The position numbers were made by a program, and so were the translations under genes. From Lingula anatina (taxonomy: Eukaryota; Animalia; Brachiopoda), in contig JBPQGU010000016.1 in NCBI GenBank assembly GCA_051362555.1, positions 1,364,001 through 1,428,000 on the forward strand: a stretch of 64,000 bases of DNA, in the 5' to 3' direction. The notes beneath the pieces were generated by a model. The model was not told the origin of the DNA. It did no database searches and worked only from the letters and a program-made list of their open reading frames with translations. Positions 32,669 through 46,337 of this stretch are shown piece by piece (position 1 is the stretch's first letter; every line of letters starts with the position of its first letter).

Positions 32669-35491
32669 GTAGCCTGCTTTTAGATTTGTTGCTACCACTC
32701 AATAGGAATGTTCTAATTTTAAAACTTAATGACTTTAAAAAACAGTATTTGTAAAATTCACAATTTTTCCCATTGAAACGTTCAAGTCATTCATTACCAT
32801 TGTCAATGGTCAGTGAAATTAGGAATATATCACATAGATATACACTGTGCCAGTATTTATAAACAGGCATAGGAATGCACCAATCATAGATTTTATGATT
32901 CTTTTTAATATTTCAGAACCTCCTGAGAACAAAGGCAGCAGTGTTTGTGATATAAAAAAGCTTTTCCGCTTATTAACCATTCCTGATGTGGGGTTCTTTC
33001 TTGCAGTAAAAGCTTTATCAGGTTTGTATGTAACCTCTGTGAAATTTGTTACTTTGAGGTGCATGGGCAAAACTTTTAGCAGTTTCTGTTTATAGCACTT
33101 TGTCCTTCTGTTATGTATGGTAAAATATTAAAAACATAAAAGGTGTGAGACACTGAAATAGCAGAATTTAATGCACCACTTCTTTTTGATTGCTTATCAG
33201 GTATACCACATTTAAATCTGTTCTGAGAATTACAATCTATAATCTGTTTTTGAGAACAACTTTGGATAGGATTTACCTTAATTGGTGGTAAAACAATAAC
33301 TATTGAAATATTCAGAAAAACTGACATTTTTGCTACTCAGTAAACAAAGCAGGGATGATATATTTTGACTATTGGTAGATCTCTGACAAACCAAACCGTT
33401 AATGTGTACACTTAACACTTTCTTTTCTATGTTTTCTCAGGAATGCCGTATGCTGTATTCCAGTCCATGTTCCCAGTGGTGGCAATGACAGTGTTTAATT
33501 TACCTGCAGATAAAAATGGATATATTTTATCTTATCAGGCAGTTTTAACGATGGTAATCATTTTGTGTAGCTACTTGTATACCTGAAGGATATATTTATA
33601 AAGTAAAAGGAAAACCTAGATAATGAACACAACTACGTCTCTGTAAAGTTAACAGTATATGACAGTATGGCCCTGCCTCCACATGCGCCGTCGCTGCAGG
33701 GGCCTAGCAGTTAAACCTCAGAGCCAAGATCTAATCCTTTTAATAGCGTGTGTTGAGGTGGGGGACCATCAGGAATCGGCACCATCTCTTTTGAAGTGTG
33801 GTTGACCATATTTAGTTGGTGTATCAGTTATTACTCGGATCATCTATTCTGAACGGGTCCTATGCCTGACATATTTTTGGCCCTGATTTAGACTGGCTGT
33901 AGATGTTTTCACCTCCTTGGGGAGGAATTCAACCTGCCATGTGAGATTTTCCATTGACTCTTGAGATTTTTCATTGACTCTCGTCTAATGATGATAAAAT
34001 GTTTAACTTGTCTAAACAAGATGACTTCAATGAGTCAGTCATGTGACTAAGCCGCTTTGAGGAAGAGTCAAAAAGCCATGCCTCATAGGTAGATAAAGTG
34101 AATGCAGTCTCTTTAGAAATCTTTCTTGTATACGTTTTATTAATGTAGGTACTATAATTTTTAACACAGATTTTGCACTTGATAATAAAATATACAGTAT
34201 GTAAAATATATGATTCGAAGGTTTAACACCAAATATTCTGTAATTTTTTTTTTTTTTTATTATTCCAGCTCTCTCAAGGGTTTGGGGTTGGGTTTCTGAC
34301 ATCAAGATTCAGTGACGGTGCCCTTCTCAAGTTCTGCTTTGTGATATTTACCTTGTCATATTTATTGATGGTGAGGACATTTTACAGGTTTCACTGCATA
34401 TTTAAACTGCCAGTTCTATTGGTCATGACTTACAAAACTTTCAAGGACCAGTTGATCATTTTGCTCTGTCAGTAAGATGTGTGAAAAGTTTTCTGGTCTG
34501 GTAGATTTTTTTTCATACATGTAACTGTTGAATGTCCGGTTGTTTTGAATAGAATAATCCACATTCTCCATAGAATTATTCCAGAAAAGAAAAACATCAT
34601 AGTATTATGATTATGATTAATTTATCATATATTACTTATTTATCGCTTATTTATTTGTAGAACAATGCTGTTAGATGTCTATGTCCATTATTGTACCTTA
34701 TTTGTGAAATTGTAAATCAATCAAGAATTCTGACAGGCTCTGACTGATTGAACAGAATAATTCACAACCCTCTTACAATAATTTCAGAAAAAAAGAGCAT
34801 CATAGTATGATAATCATTGAAAGATTAATTGATGATAAATCATCCTTAAACTTGCAGGCTCTGGTTAAGGACGTGATCCTAGTGTGCATTGTGAGTACTC
34901 CACTGACCATAGGTGTGGCAGTTCTCGTGGTGACCACTACCAGTGAGATGACCAAAGTGATACCAGAAGCAGATACAGGTATTATAATAACATCTGTAAC
35001 ATAACGTTGTTTGCCTGACAATGCAGTTAGTGGTCTGTGTCCATGATTAAATTTATCATTATTATCCTAAAGTTAACAGGGAAATGATCAAAGTGATACC
35101 AGAAGCAGACACAGGTAATAACATCTGTAATGAAATGTTATTTATTTAAGGATGCAGTTAGTCGTGTATGTCCATGCTTGAAGGTGCATATCAATAACTT
35201 TTTTCAGTGCAACATATTGATAGCCATGTGCCTTAATATCTATAAACTTACTGGGGTAATTTATAGCAGTTAAATACAGGCCAAGTTTGAACATCAGGTT
35301 TATTGGACCATTTTTTCCTTGCAGGCTCCATTCTTGGTCTCTCAATGGCTGTGGATTCTCTAGGTGGTATCATCTCCCCAACACTGGGAGGGTTCTTACT
35401 GAAGACCGTGGGGTTCTATGCCTTTGGATACCAAGGCTGCATCTGTAGCCTCTTGGTTGCCATTGCACTCTTTTGGAAGCTGAAGGATTAA
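30025..35491 (+). CDS. SLC22A18: SLC22A18-like major facilitator superfamily transporter, 418 aa, 9 coding exons
   Basis: Exons are 30025-30138, 30781-31024, 31540-31672, 32183-32340, 32917-33021, 33441-33553, 34269-34370, 34858-34978 and 35325-35491 (1257 nt, phases consistent). Motifs YLSKNLG..FGYLQST, GRFGDVFGSR (MFS motif A), QMVITDL and ISPTLGG. Confidence 0.88.
30200..30375. mobile_element. 176-bp MITE with 5-bp TSD
   Basis: TIR CAGGTCTGTAGCCAG ... CTGGCTACAAGCCTG, with TGTAC duplicated on both flanks. Confidence 0.75.
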
Positions 35492-36647
35492 GGCATATGT
35501 CATATATCTACCTGTCTGTCTGTCTGTCTGTCTGACTAGTATTTGTCATTTTAAAGTTACATTTGAATGTCTGTGGAGCGTGAGTTCCCAGTTACACATA
35601 TAAACCACTTCTGTTAGTTTCTTATATGATTAAAATTAAGTTGACATGCCAAGGGATAAACCAAATTAATCACTGGATCAGCCATAAGAGAGTTTTAAAC
35701 TGCCCATTCAAATTTTTGTTGTAAATTTGACCTACTTATCTGCCCCATTGGTATACAGCACAGAATGCAAGCAGAAAAATCAGTTCAAATTTTATTTTTG
35801 GGTTTTGGGTTTTGGGCTCATATTAAAATATGAAACAATGTCTTATGGTATTTCTGGAAGTTATACTATTTGAAACTATATAGTGGCATTTGTTTGGCTT
35901 TTGTGGCAGAAATGACTTCAAATGGTACTTTTAAGTATGTATGTGGTGTGTGGTAGGATAGATACTAGATAGATAGATAGATAGATAGATAGATGGATAT
36001 ATACATTGAGAGAGATATGATTATACACATAACACCATACAATATTGATTAGCTAGTTAACTAGAGCGATCAACCCTAATTTTGAAGAAATCACATTTTT
36101 TTTTTTTTTTTTTTTTTGCACAAGTTTTTTAATGTAAAAAATATGGATAGGGTCCTAGTAAATTTAATATAGTATTTGACCCTAGCATAAACCTTTTTTG
36201 TGCTCTGAAATTGCTCATATTGTGCATTTAACATGCTCCTGCCCCTTTTAGAAAAGTAATTAAAAGCTGCTGTGCTATACCTGCTAAATCATTTGTTCAA
36301 AAAAAAAAAAAAAGATAAAAAATACGTCTACCTGTTCTATTTACAGATAGTAACTGCTCTTTTATTTACCAGTTAATATATTAATTTTGTCTAGCCTAAC
36401 ATATATTATATATTGCATTTATAATTTATTTTAAAAATTGGTTGAAGCAGCTTTTATATAATTATTTAATTTGTTGGTCTTCAATGCAGTCATTGCAGCT
36501 CATAATATCAAAAAAATAGTAGCTTAAAGGTGCTAGTATTGTTTGCTTTGGTGCTTATACATGTACATAAACCTTTATCATGCTCAGAAGTACATCTAGG
36601 CTTTTGGCTCACTAAAATACACAAGACGTATTTTCCAGCCACTCATT

Positions 36648-36822
36648 GGCCTCGTTTAGAATAGGGGACTAACTAGTCCAATGGTCAAATATGGCCGACC
36701 TACTTGAATACTTCCCCACTGGATGTCTATTCAGTGTCTATAAGCAGAATAGACAGCAAGCTTTGTAGTGGGTCACCATATTTGACCCTTGGACTAGTTA
36801 GTCCCCTATTCTGAATGGGGCC
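36648..36822. mobile_element. Harbinger-like MITE family B, copy 1
   Basis: Long inverted arms (AGAATAGGGGACTAACTAGTCCAA / TTGGACTAGTTAGTCCCCTATTCT), homologous to 42811-42985. Confidence 0.8.
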
Positions 36823-37894
36823 ATACTGTAAGAATCTCTTAGTTCCTACAGCTGTGTGTATCACTTCACTGTGTTTAAAACTCAAGAATACTCTTTAAGT
36901 GTAACTTTTCAGTCCAAAGATTTATATTGGGTTAAGCCGTGTGAACATCAACGTATATTCTTTGTATTATCACTGCCCTTGAAATTGTGAAAATGAAGAG
37001 GAAGATAAAAGGGTGTATAAACATTTTACCTCATACATACCGGTGCTTATAGCTTTTACATGTACAGCTTTTACATTATGGTTTCCTAAAAGGGAAAACA
37101 GGGAAAACTGAACAAATATGACTGTACATAAACAGGAAGTTTGTCAATTAGCCCTTGGACAATAGGGACGTCTGAAAAATATGGCTGTTACAGTATATAT
37201 GTTTGTTATTTATAAGTTTCATTTAATCTCTGTAGCTAGTGAAAATTAGGGGACACAAAAACAAATCTTGTTAAAAGTTTTCATGTTTTTAGTTTTTGAT
37301 ATGTTTATTGTTTTGTCAACTACTGTATAAGTAATGTCTGTCTCAGAAAGTTTTGTCTGCTCAAAGCAAAAGTATGTAACCACCACGTGGCCTAAAGCTT
37401 TATGCACTTAAATCTCTGTCCTCTCTGCCACGTGGCATAGTCACGTGCTAGTCACGTGCTAGTCAAGTGACTCGAACTACAATATTAAGTGGGTGCCGGT
37501 TTCCCAAACGACTCTTAGTCGAAAGTTACTCTTAGTTTTAAGAAATGCATTGTTAATTTGAAACCAAGATACGTACAGGTCAGTCGCAATGTAATCCAGG
37601 AGTTAAGACAGTTATTCAAATATTCATATTTGCAATGATCGTTCATAAGAACTCGTACGTGTATTTGTACACCCGCGTGAGGTGAAGGGTCAATAATAAT
37701 ATTTTATTACGTTATTGAATTCCATTATCTCTTTATTAACGATAAATGCTCCTAGTTATGGAGATTTTGTAATACTACTCCTACTTGCAGCTGTTAACTA
37801 ACCTGACATTAAAAACCTACCAAAATTATTGTATTGCAGATTGTTTTTATTTATAATGTATTAGTTGTTCATTGACTGAGATCTTCGTTTGTTT

Positions 37895-37934
<40 letters not shown>

Positions 37935-40274
37935 GAGAAGAGGCTTTTGTCACATGAGATATAAGCCCACACTTTCGATGTCGGAAATCGTGAAACACGA
38001 GTGTTTCTTTAAAAAAAAATGCCTGATGTTCGCTAACCAATTGCATCCTAAAAAGGGTCTGATGAAAGGAATGCAACTCGGTCAGAAGGATGTGAGAGTG
38101 CAATTGCTCACTTTATCTCCACTATCACAATACTCCGTGCTTTGGTAGACGTTCATCTCAATCACAATGTTTTTGTGACGAAGCCATTACTATGACTTTC
38201 GCCAAGGACGTAATGTTTTTACCTTTGTTGGGTTACTTGTTTACAGTCTAACTCACAAAATAATAGGCAGATTTCGATATCATTTTCAGGATAGGTCGGA
38301 AACGGGCTAAGAATGGAACATTTTTATGGTTGTCCATTAGTTAATTAATTCATTATTGTAATAATTATTATTACTATTTTTTATTATGTTTAGTTCTGTG
38401 AGTGATTATTTTTGTAACTATGAAAATCAAACAAACTGACATTTATTGAAGAAGAGATATTTATTGAACATTCGACAAATAGGATATAGTAAAGGCAGCT
38501 TTTTTCTTTTAATTTCATATAAAAATTAATAAATGTGATCTTATGATTATACCAAAAAGGCAATGGTTATCTTGAAGATTGGTTACACACAGTATATACA
38601 CATAATCTTTCTTACTTGTCCAAATTTCGTATATGACACAAGTGTATAAATAACTAGAAAAGGCTAAAGAACTTTACTGCCTGTTCTTCTCTTTCCATCA
38701 TCGAGATGAATGAGACAAAATACGTGTACTTCATTAAGGAATAGTGCCCCACTGCAAAGACTATGCTTTCCGATCTTCACGTAATGTATGACATTTATTT
38801 AATTAAATATCATTATTTTATTAATCATCATGGGGACAGGGTAGAAAATGGAAGCTCCTTATGAAATACACCAAAGAAGAGGGACACAAACCGTGACGGG
38901 TATTATTCCATGAACATATTTCCAGCGCAAGTCACGAATCGATTTGTATATTCATACCGGATATTTATAACGTATGCATGTCTTTTTTCTCAAAATCAAA
39001 TTATTAATCCATCTTGTCTTCCGAAAGACAGTGGCATCCATTTAATGTCCACATGCATACATATATTTATATCAGGCTTCCCGCGCCGAGTTTCAGAAAA
39101 AGCTAAAACCTGTACCGAAACGGGTAGAGGCACGTTGATAATTAAGGCGTTTCCAGTAACCTCTGGAACACAGGGTGTACCACTAATGAACCAGGCTAGA
39201 TACATGTGGTACCCTGAGGTTCAGAGATTGCTGGTGACTTTAGAGACATGATGGCAAAAGAGAGAGAGAGAGAGAGAGAGAGAAGGGTTCCACCAATCGT
39301 TGACTGAAACTCGGGGTACTATCTAGTCTGGTTCGGTCATTGGGCCAGACTCTTTCTGAATCATTAATTTGAGCTTATGGTGCCGGATCCGAAGAGCAGA
39401 GGGCAGCTCCAATCAAAATACAACACGTTTCACGTGTTTTTACCTCCTGTCTCAATATTATGTTATTGGTCTCAATGTTATTTGGCATACGGCGCTAAAT
39501 GCGTCCAATATTGAACACCATATCATGTCGGGTCAGAAGAGACGCCATTATGGTGATCTTCAGGCCATCACCTAAATAATGTTGTTCGCAGGCACTCGGG
39601 TCCAATCATGGTGAGACATTGTTATTCTAGCCTAGAATCTAACATATGATGGATCCGAGTTCTAGCTATTGAAAAGGTACAACCTGTCATGGCGTCTTAT
39701 GTCATGTGACATGGCAGACGCAGGGTTCACGTCTGTCACCTTTGCTGTCATAAAAAAGAGTGTACGTTGGACTCTTTTGATGCTAGAAGGCAGTCATCCT
39801 AGACGCAGGTGCCAGGTTCGGTACATTTGCTGTTTTAAAAAGTGTAACCGTCTAACACCTCTAATGTCAGGAGACACGGGAAACACATTTTTGTCTGATC
39901 AATTTTCCTGCTGTGTCAAGAGATATCGCAGCGTCCCCAACCGGCGTTTTGTATGTAGTCCATATGCTACAAACCCAGAATCTTTCAGGATCTTTCATCA
40001 TTAAGCTCTTCATTACGCTGATCATACCATGTCATATCATGTGATATCGCCGACATTTAAGAACACGACATAAACATTAAACGCGTTCCATCTTTGTGTG
40101 ATAGCGGTTCTTTATTTCCTCTTTTACCCAGAGTTAGCCCTGCACCCTAAAGTTGTAGGTGTCAGAGCATGGAAATGTAACTGGAATAGGAAAAAATGAG
40201 ATAGACGAATTAAATATCAGGTAAAGCGTGCGGGTTTAGACATGGAGCTTTCTGCATGTATGTCTCATTCGCAT

Positions 40275-40306
<32 letters not shown>

Positions 40307-40469
40307 ACAGACCAGATTTTTTCACTCCATCTTCCTTTTAGGTAGGACTACATGTACATCTGTGCAACAATTTAAAAAAAATTCAGCTTTATGAAGGAAG
40401 CACCTTCAGCAAATGTCTACATATTTATTTATTTATCAAGTTATTATTAATCATAAATTAATGAAAAAG

Positions 40470-40521
<52 letters not shown>

Positions 40522-42810
40522 TTATAAATGTTACCATCTAAAATATTCCAATATATATATATTTCATAGTGCTTCTATAAGTTCTGATATTTTAATAACA
40601 ATCATTATTATTCATATAATAATAATTATTATTCTTTTTTTTCACACCTCGCTCACCTTGTCTGGTCTGTTAATGGTTACGTCACATGAAGTGGGACTGT
40701 TTCAGGCAGCCGCTCATTTTTGTTTCGCTGTAAGTAAAAGAAAAAATTCCGTAGATAGAAAAAACGTATTTTATCGCTGTCGTCAGAAAAATGTTCAATT
40801 TTTTTTTTTTGCACTGCAAGACGTAATGTGATAAATATTGCATGTTTTAATCTGACCAGCAAGTATTTTGTTACAAACGGCTGTCGTCAAGAAAATGTAT
40901 GAATAAATAAAACAAAAATGTAAATAGTGAATAACAGGAGCTAATAAAACAAAAGGATAAAAGTTGTGAAGAAATATAAATGCATTATTTACAAAATCAA
41001 TCAAATAACAATCCAATCAAATATTAATTCAAATTGATAAATAAGTCAAATAGATGAGTCCTCATAACTATGATCAAGTACATTTTAAAATTGAATGAAA
41101 AAGTGACCGAGTGGCCAAGAAGGGGAATCGTTCAAATGTCCTCTGTTTAGTATCATTTTGCTTGGACAAAGACATTCACAATACAACAAAAGCGCGACGA
41201 GACGCATCTCGGTATACAAGTCAATAGCACGTGTTGTGGAGCTAATCTGACTTCTGTATTAAGACTACCGGCTGTGTTTGGAGATCAGCAAACGCCACAC
41301 CGGAGACCTGTTCCCCAAACAATTTCAACAAGCGGTTATAACTATCGATCCGTCATTCAAACACAGAGAGCTTAAAACGTCGATATGAAGTGCTGTCTCT
41401 TTCTCTGCTACGCTTCATAAAACAGAAGCTGATTATTCAGGATATTGCAAATACTGATATAAAGAGCAATCCCTTTTGTTTGCTTGGAACTATTATGTTT
41501 GCTACTGTACGCAGATTACAAGTTAGGATATTGAATGCGTCGACATTAAGGGTTGCCTTTTCTCTGTTAAAACCACGTAAAATAGCAAATGACAGCTGAG
41601 GATGTTAGACTTGTTGACAGAAATCGCGTGCATGCCTCTTAACGTGCAAGCCATGCACCGCGATAGGGAGCACGTGCTATCTTATCTTTCTTAAGTTCAA
41701 CTCGTGTGATACTTAAACTTGGTTATACTCAACCGTCTTCCTCAATTTCTTTGCAGATTCATTACTCACTGTAGTTACTTTTTATGTAGCGACGTACAGA
41801 TGTCATATTGCAACATCTTATTTAGCTTTCATCATGAAGATAGTAAACTATCCGCCTTCTTTTGCTTTGCCTTTTTTATTCGCATGGAGAAAGACCACTA
41901 TAAAGCAGACTGTATTGAATATATCGTTTTTCATTGTCATATTCAATTTCTGCGTGGAGGCTGAACGTTGGGATGATAAAGCGTTCATCAGAAAAAAAAA
42001 TCACTTTCAGTAATAGGTGTTTTGTCAATAGTCATGATATACGCATGTCATGACACATATAGCATCATGGATCCATTAAAAAATTTTTGAATTAAAAAGG
42101 CCCCTAAAATGTGAAGATTAAAAGGACGGAATGATGTTCCTACTGTTATAAAACAAAATATGCACAGGTGATAATGTTTTATGATAATAAAACTTTGTAA
42201 AATGAATAATTATTTTTCTTTTTATTTTTTGTCGCTATATATTTATCGAAACTCGCGCAAGGGTTACACTGAGTATTCAGATATGAAAATGTCAAAACTG
42301 AATTAGTCCTGAAACTGCTTGGAATAAACAGCCTTGTATTTTACCATGGAGTCTATACCTCCGCTAAATGTGTTCTGGCCTGACGCTACGGTGGTACTGT
42401 ACCCCGTATTTCTGTATTTCAATCAGAAGCGTGTATATATATACTATAATACATTAACAGGTTTCATAAATCGCACTGGCATCGAAGTAAAATATTCATA
42501 ACCATTACAAAAGCAATGGCTGTATAAAGGCTATGCATTGGAATACATGTACAGTATCACAAAACTGTGAAGATGCACCATCGCACTAATAGGTATTGGT
42601 TCAGCCAGCCTAATAATGGAATAGATGCGGGTGTCCATTATTGATATTCTCCATACCGCCTTTACTGCTTTCTACAATAAAATGCAGATGAATTAGGATA
42701 ATTGATATAAATTTTGTCGCCAAACGGACAGGGAGCATGCAATCACTAATGGGTTTGGGTAGCATCTGTGACCGACCTCAGTATTGATTCTGGTCATTAT
42801 TTGGATGTAA

Positions 42811-42985
42811 GGCCCCATTCAGAATAGGGGAACAACAAGTCCGAGAGTCAAATATGGCCGACCCACTTGAATACTTCCCCTCGGGATATCTATTCAAAGT
42901 CTATTAGCGGATTAGACGGCAAGCTTGGTAGTGGGTCGCCATATTTGACCCTCGGACTAGTTAGTCCCCTATTCTGAATGGAGCC
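42811..42985. mobile_element. Harbinger-like MITE family B, copy 2
   Basis: TIR GGCCCCATTCAGAATAGGGG ... CCCCTATTCTGAATGGAGCC with TAA target duplication. Confidence 0.85.
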
Positions 42986-43889
42986 TAAAATAGCACTTGA
43001 ATTCTTCACTATGCTGACATATGCTGGTGAAACCCACGTTATATTGTAGAATTGCCCCTGAAAGCTTTCTGTTGTTAAATATGAACAGCATAACATCATT
43101 TTATTCTTTGTCATATATGATCATATGTAACTATTGTAAGTTCAGAATATACACTGTATCAGTGTGGCATTTTAATTTTAAAAAAGCGCCATGAAACGAA
43201 GATGACAATAACAATATAATAAACCTGCAGCAATGTTGACATAATTGTAGAAAACTGTAACGTATTCAACAATATTTTCGGACAATTGTGCATATGCCGA
43301 ACGATATTATGCGCAACAATAAGGTGATACAATAAATGCGAGGCGGTGCAATACAACTTCAGTGCACTTTAACATATTGTTTGACAGTATATGATACAAC
43401 GTAACCAACTGAGCTGCGTTACAAGCATATATCTTGGAAATCCGCACAACAATGTATCAAACTTTTTTAAACAGTAAACCTATGATATTCAGACCATAAG
43501 TCGAGCGAAGCATTTTGGGTAACAATAGTCAATGCAAATGCAATGCAAAAATTTTAAATGAACTGCAATAGTATATACAATAGTTTGATACAATACTTAA
43601 TGCAATGCAAAAAATTATTATGAACTACAATAGTATATACAATAGTTGATACAATAACTGCAATATATGAGACGTTCCTATGGCGTCATATTTTAATTAT
43701 CACAAAATCTAAAGCAATACTTGTAACTGCAAAGTGACTGCTACGTGACAGCAAGCAACTGGGTCACGATACTTTCAAACCATAGTATTTACTTGTACTA
43801 ATAATATACACTGCAATGTTTTTTAAAAATGTATAGAGCAAAAGAAAATATAAGTAAAATTAATAAAAAAGATAGGCCCTACATGTTAA

Positions 43890-43928
<39 letters not shown>

Positions 43929-44148
43929 AATTAATAAATAAAATGACAATGAAAAAAATAAATGACGCATTTATTCGCTCATTTCTTTAGTGAGCATTGC
44001 TAAAGATACAATGGTGACAGTACAATAAATTTTCCAGATAAGCACAAACACTGTGAGCATAGAAATACACAGATAAAACAAAATACAGCAACGTGGCGTC
44101 ACTGGCAGACATCCGGGTCCCGTTCCACACAGATTTAGTCACATGTTA

Positions 44149-44363
44149 GGGCGTATTCCCATAGATTTTAGATCGATCTATCCCCGTGGGGAATCTCACT
44201 AGATCACTGTCAGATAATCCGGCTTAAATGTCCGTCCCGCCTACTACAAGCTGTAAGGGGGTAATTAGCTTTCGTGCCCGCTCGGCTGACAGCTATTTAT
44301 CGTGAACCCCTAGGGAGTTAGGTCGATCTAGTTTGGATCGATCTAATCTCTGGGAATGGGGTC
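44149..44363 (+). mobile_element. MITE family A, copy 4
   Basis: Colinear with copies 2 and 3; TTA/TAA flanks. Confidence 0.8.
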
Positions 44364-46129
44364 TAAGTCTTAACTTATGGACCGAAAAAGTCAGCTAAGT
44401 TTGTCGACAGATAAATCGGAAGTAGTACTGTATTTGTACTTTTACATTAAGTGACTTTTTTATCTTTGAATTAGACAAAAAATTTTTTTGATTAGGAGGG
44501 ATTTGTACAGTGGCAGTAGTCTTACAGTTTCTTGCACTATTCACTTTCCAAACTACTTACGGAAGAGTTGGACAAGGCTAACGTTTTTTAGGATTCTAGT
44601 TGTTTTATTTCAGCCATCATACTACTACAGCTTTATCCTGTCAAAAGAAAGTACAATAACAATACAAACAATGCTTAAAACTGAAACCACAATTTGACTT
44701 TTGTTCTGCTGTGAAACGGAACTCAGAATTTACCATATTTTTCTTCCTGGGATTCAATCTACTTACCGACATGTAAACCTTGGTAAGAGATAAAAGATAT
44801 GAGAGTAGGTGAATAGATGAAAAAAATAAATAAAATAAATTAATAAACAATCAACAAGTGAATAAATATAATAATCTAAAAATAAGATAAGAAAATCAAC
44901 AACAATAAAGATCATTTTAACCAGATAACTTAAAATAAAAAATAACAGTAAATAAAATAAAATCAAGATAAAAAACACACCATAAAGTATACCCTCCATC
45001 GTAAGTAAGAGTGTGCCAGTAGGCAACCAAGTGTGCAGTTGGAACCACAACAGTATTGAAAACAACAAAGTTTAGAGGGACGATGGTCGCATTTGGTCAT
45101 CTCGTCATAGGTAACAGTAATGGAATATTATAAAATAATAATATACCAGCTTAATTAGCCTTACTCAGTACCTACATGTATAAAGTCTATCTACTTTATT
45201 AGATTCTCTTAAGTAACCTCCAACTTTCTGACATTCATGGTGTCGCCAAGAAGACGGTGAGATTAGAAAGATGCAGGAAAGCATTACTGACACAAATCTA
45301 ATACTATCACACCATAGTAAATCACCCTGCGCGTCACAGCGTCGAAATATCTGTTTTTCCTTGGGTTGTTTATGTCTCCCTATCATCTTCTCCTATGTTA
45401 GTGTATACTGAGTTTATCAGAATCTTAAGATACCGGAACCTATCTTTTACTGTATCTCCATATGGTCAATCTATGTCTCCCTAAATCACCATGAAACCCA
45501 TGGTTATGTACAGAACTCCCGGTATTTGGTCACATAGTGCACTCTAATATCGGGGGGTGGGGGTGGGGGTGGGGGTGGGGCTCTGAAAAGTACACAAAAT
45601 TAGAGTATAAGCGATACAATAGGCCTAATTCCCATACAGTAATTTTGTAACATGCTTCGAGCGGACCCTGTGGCACGTACATGTACAGTAGGGAAAGATG
45701 CATCGAAACATAACACAAGTAACAAAGTTACCCCTGGACCCTTGGCTCACAAGAGCTAGAGGCAGCGACAAATGATGTTATTGATCCCGTAATTGCCTTG
45801 ATCTGTCTGCAGGCAAATATTTGCTGCGGGCCTGGGTTCCAGTGCGAGATCAACACGCTATACCAATGGTGAGCAAAAGTCGAGGACGAGCTGCGAGAAA
45901 TGTTTAAAATGGATTATAGTAATGAAAAAAAAAATTTCAATAGAAATTTGGTTCTCTTATCTTGAACATTTTAAAGCGGCATTTTTGCTATTCAATATTA
46001 CTGCCGATCAACTTTGGTGTAATCCTTTCCACTTTTCATGTTCACTTCTCATTTTTTAAAATTTATACCTAAACTTCCTTGCTTTTTATATTTGTTTGCC
46101 TGAATGGTATATAGCTTTTGAAATCGTAA

Positions 46130-46337
46130 ATCGATCCAACTCCTTGGAGACTCTTGCTGACTGCAATCAGACTAATAAGTTAACGAACTGGCGTTGAATA
46201 CAATACAGAAAAACTGGTGATTATACGAGTACGTTGGAAACAAGAGGAGGCGTGTTTAGTCTTGATTGCATTCAGCGAGAGTCCCTTCGGAGTTGGATCG
46301 ATCTACCTAGAACAGTAGCTTCATTGGGAATGGTCCC
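46130..46337. mobile_element. Truncated foldback MITE related to family A
   Basis: ~47-bp imperfect inverted arms (46130-46176 vs 46256-46302) and right end GGGAATGGTCCC followed by TTA. Confidence 0.6.

Noticed and set aside
33690-33790. Faint resemblance to 5S rRNA / SINE3 (AGTTAA...GAGCC...GGGGACC...GGAAT)
   Set aside because: Too divergent and wrongly spaced to support by eye; an Infernal search would be needed.
38910-40004. ORFs of 113 and 111 aa and a possible exon at ~39076
   Set aside because: No coherent exon chain or protein motif found.
44980-45065. Possible L1/Tx1 3' remnant (LLWFQLHTWL...EGILYG)
   Set aside because: Too short and degenerate to assign.
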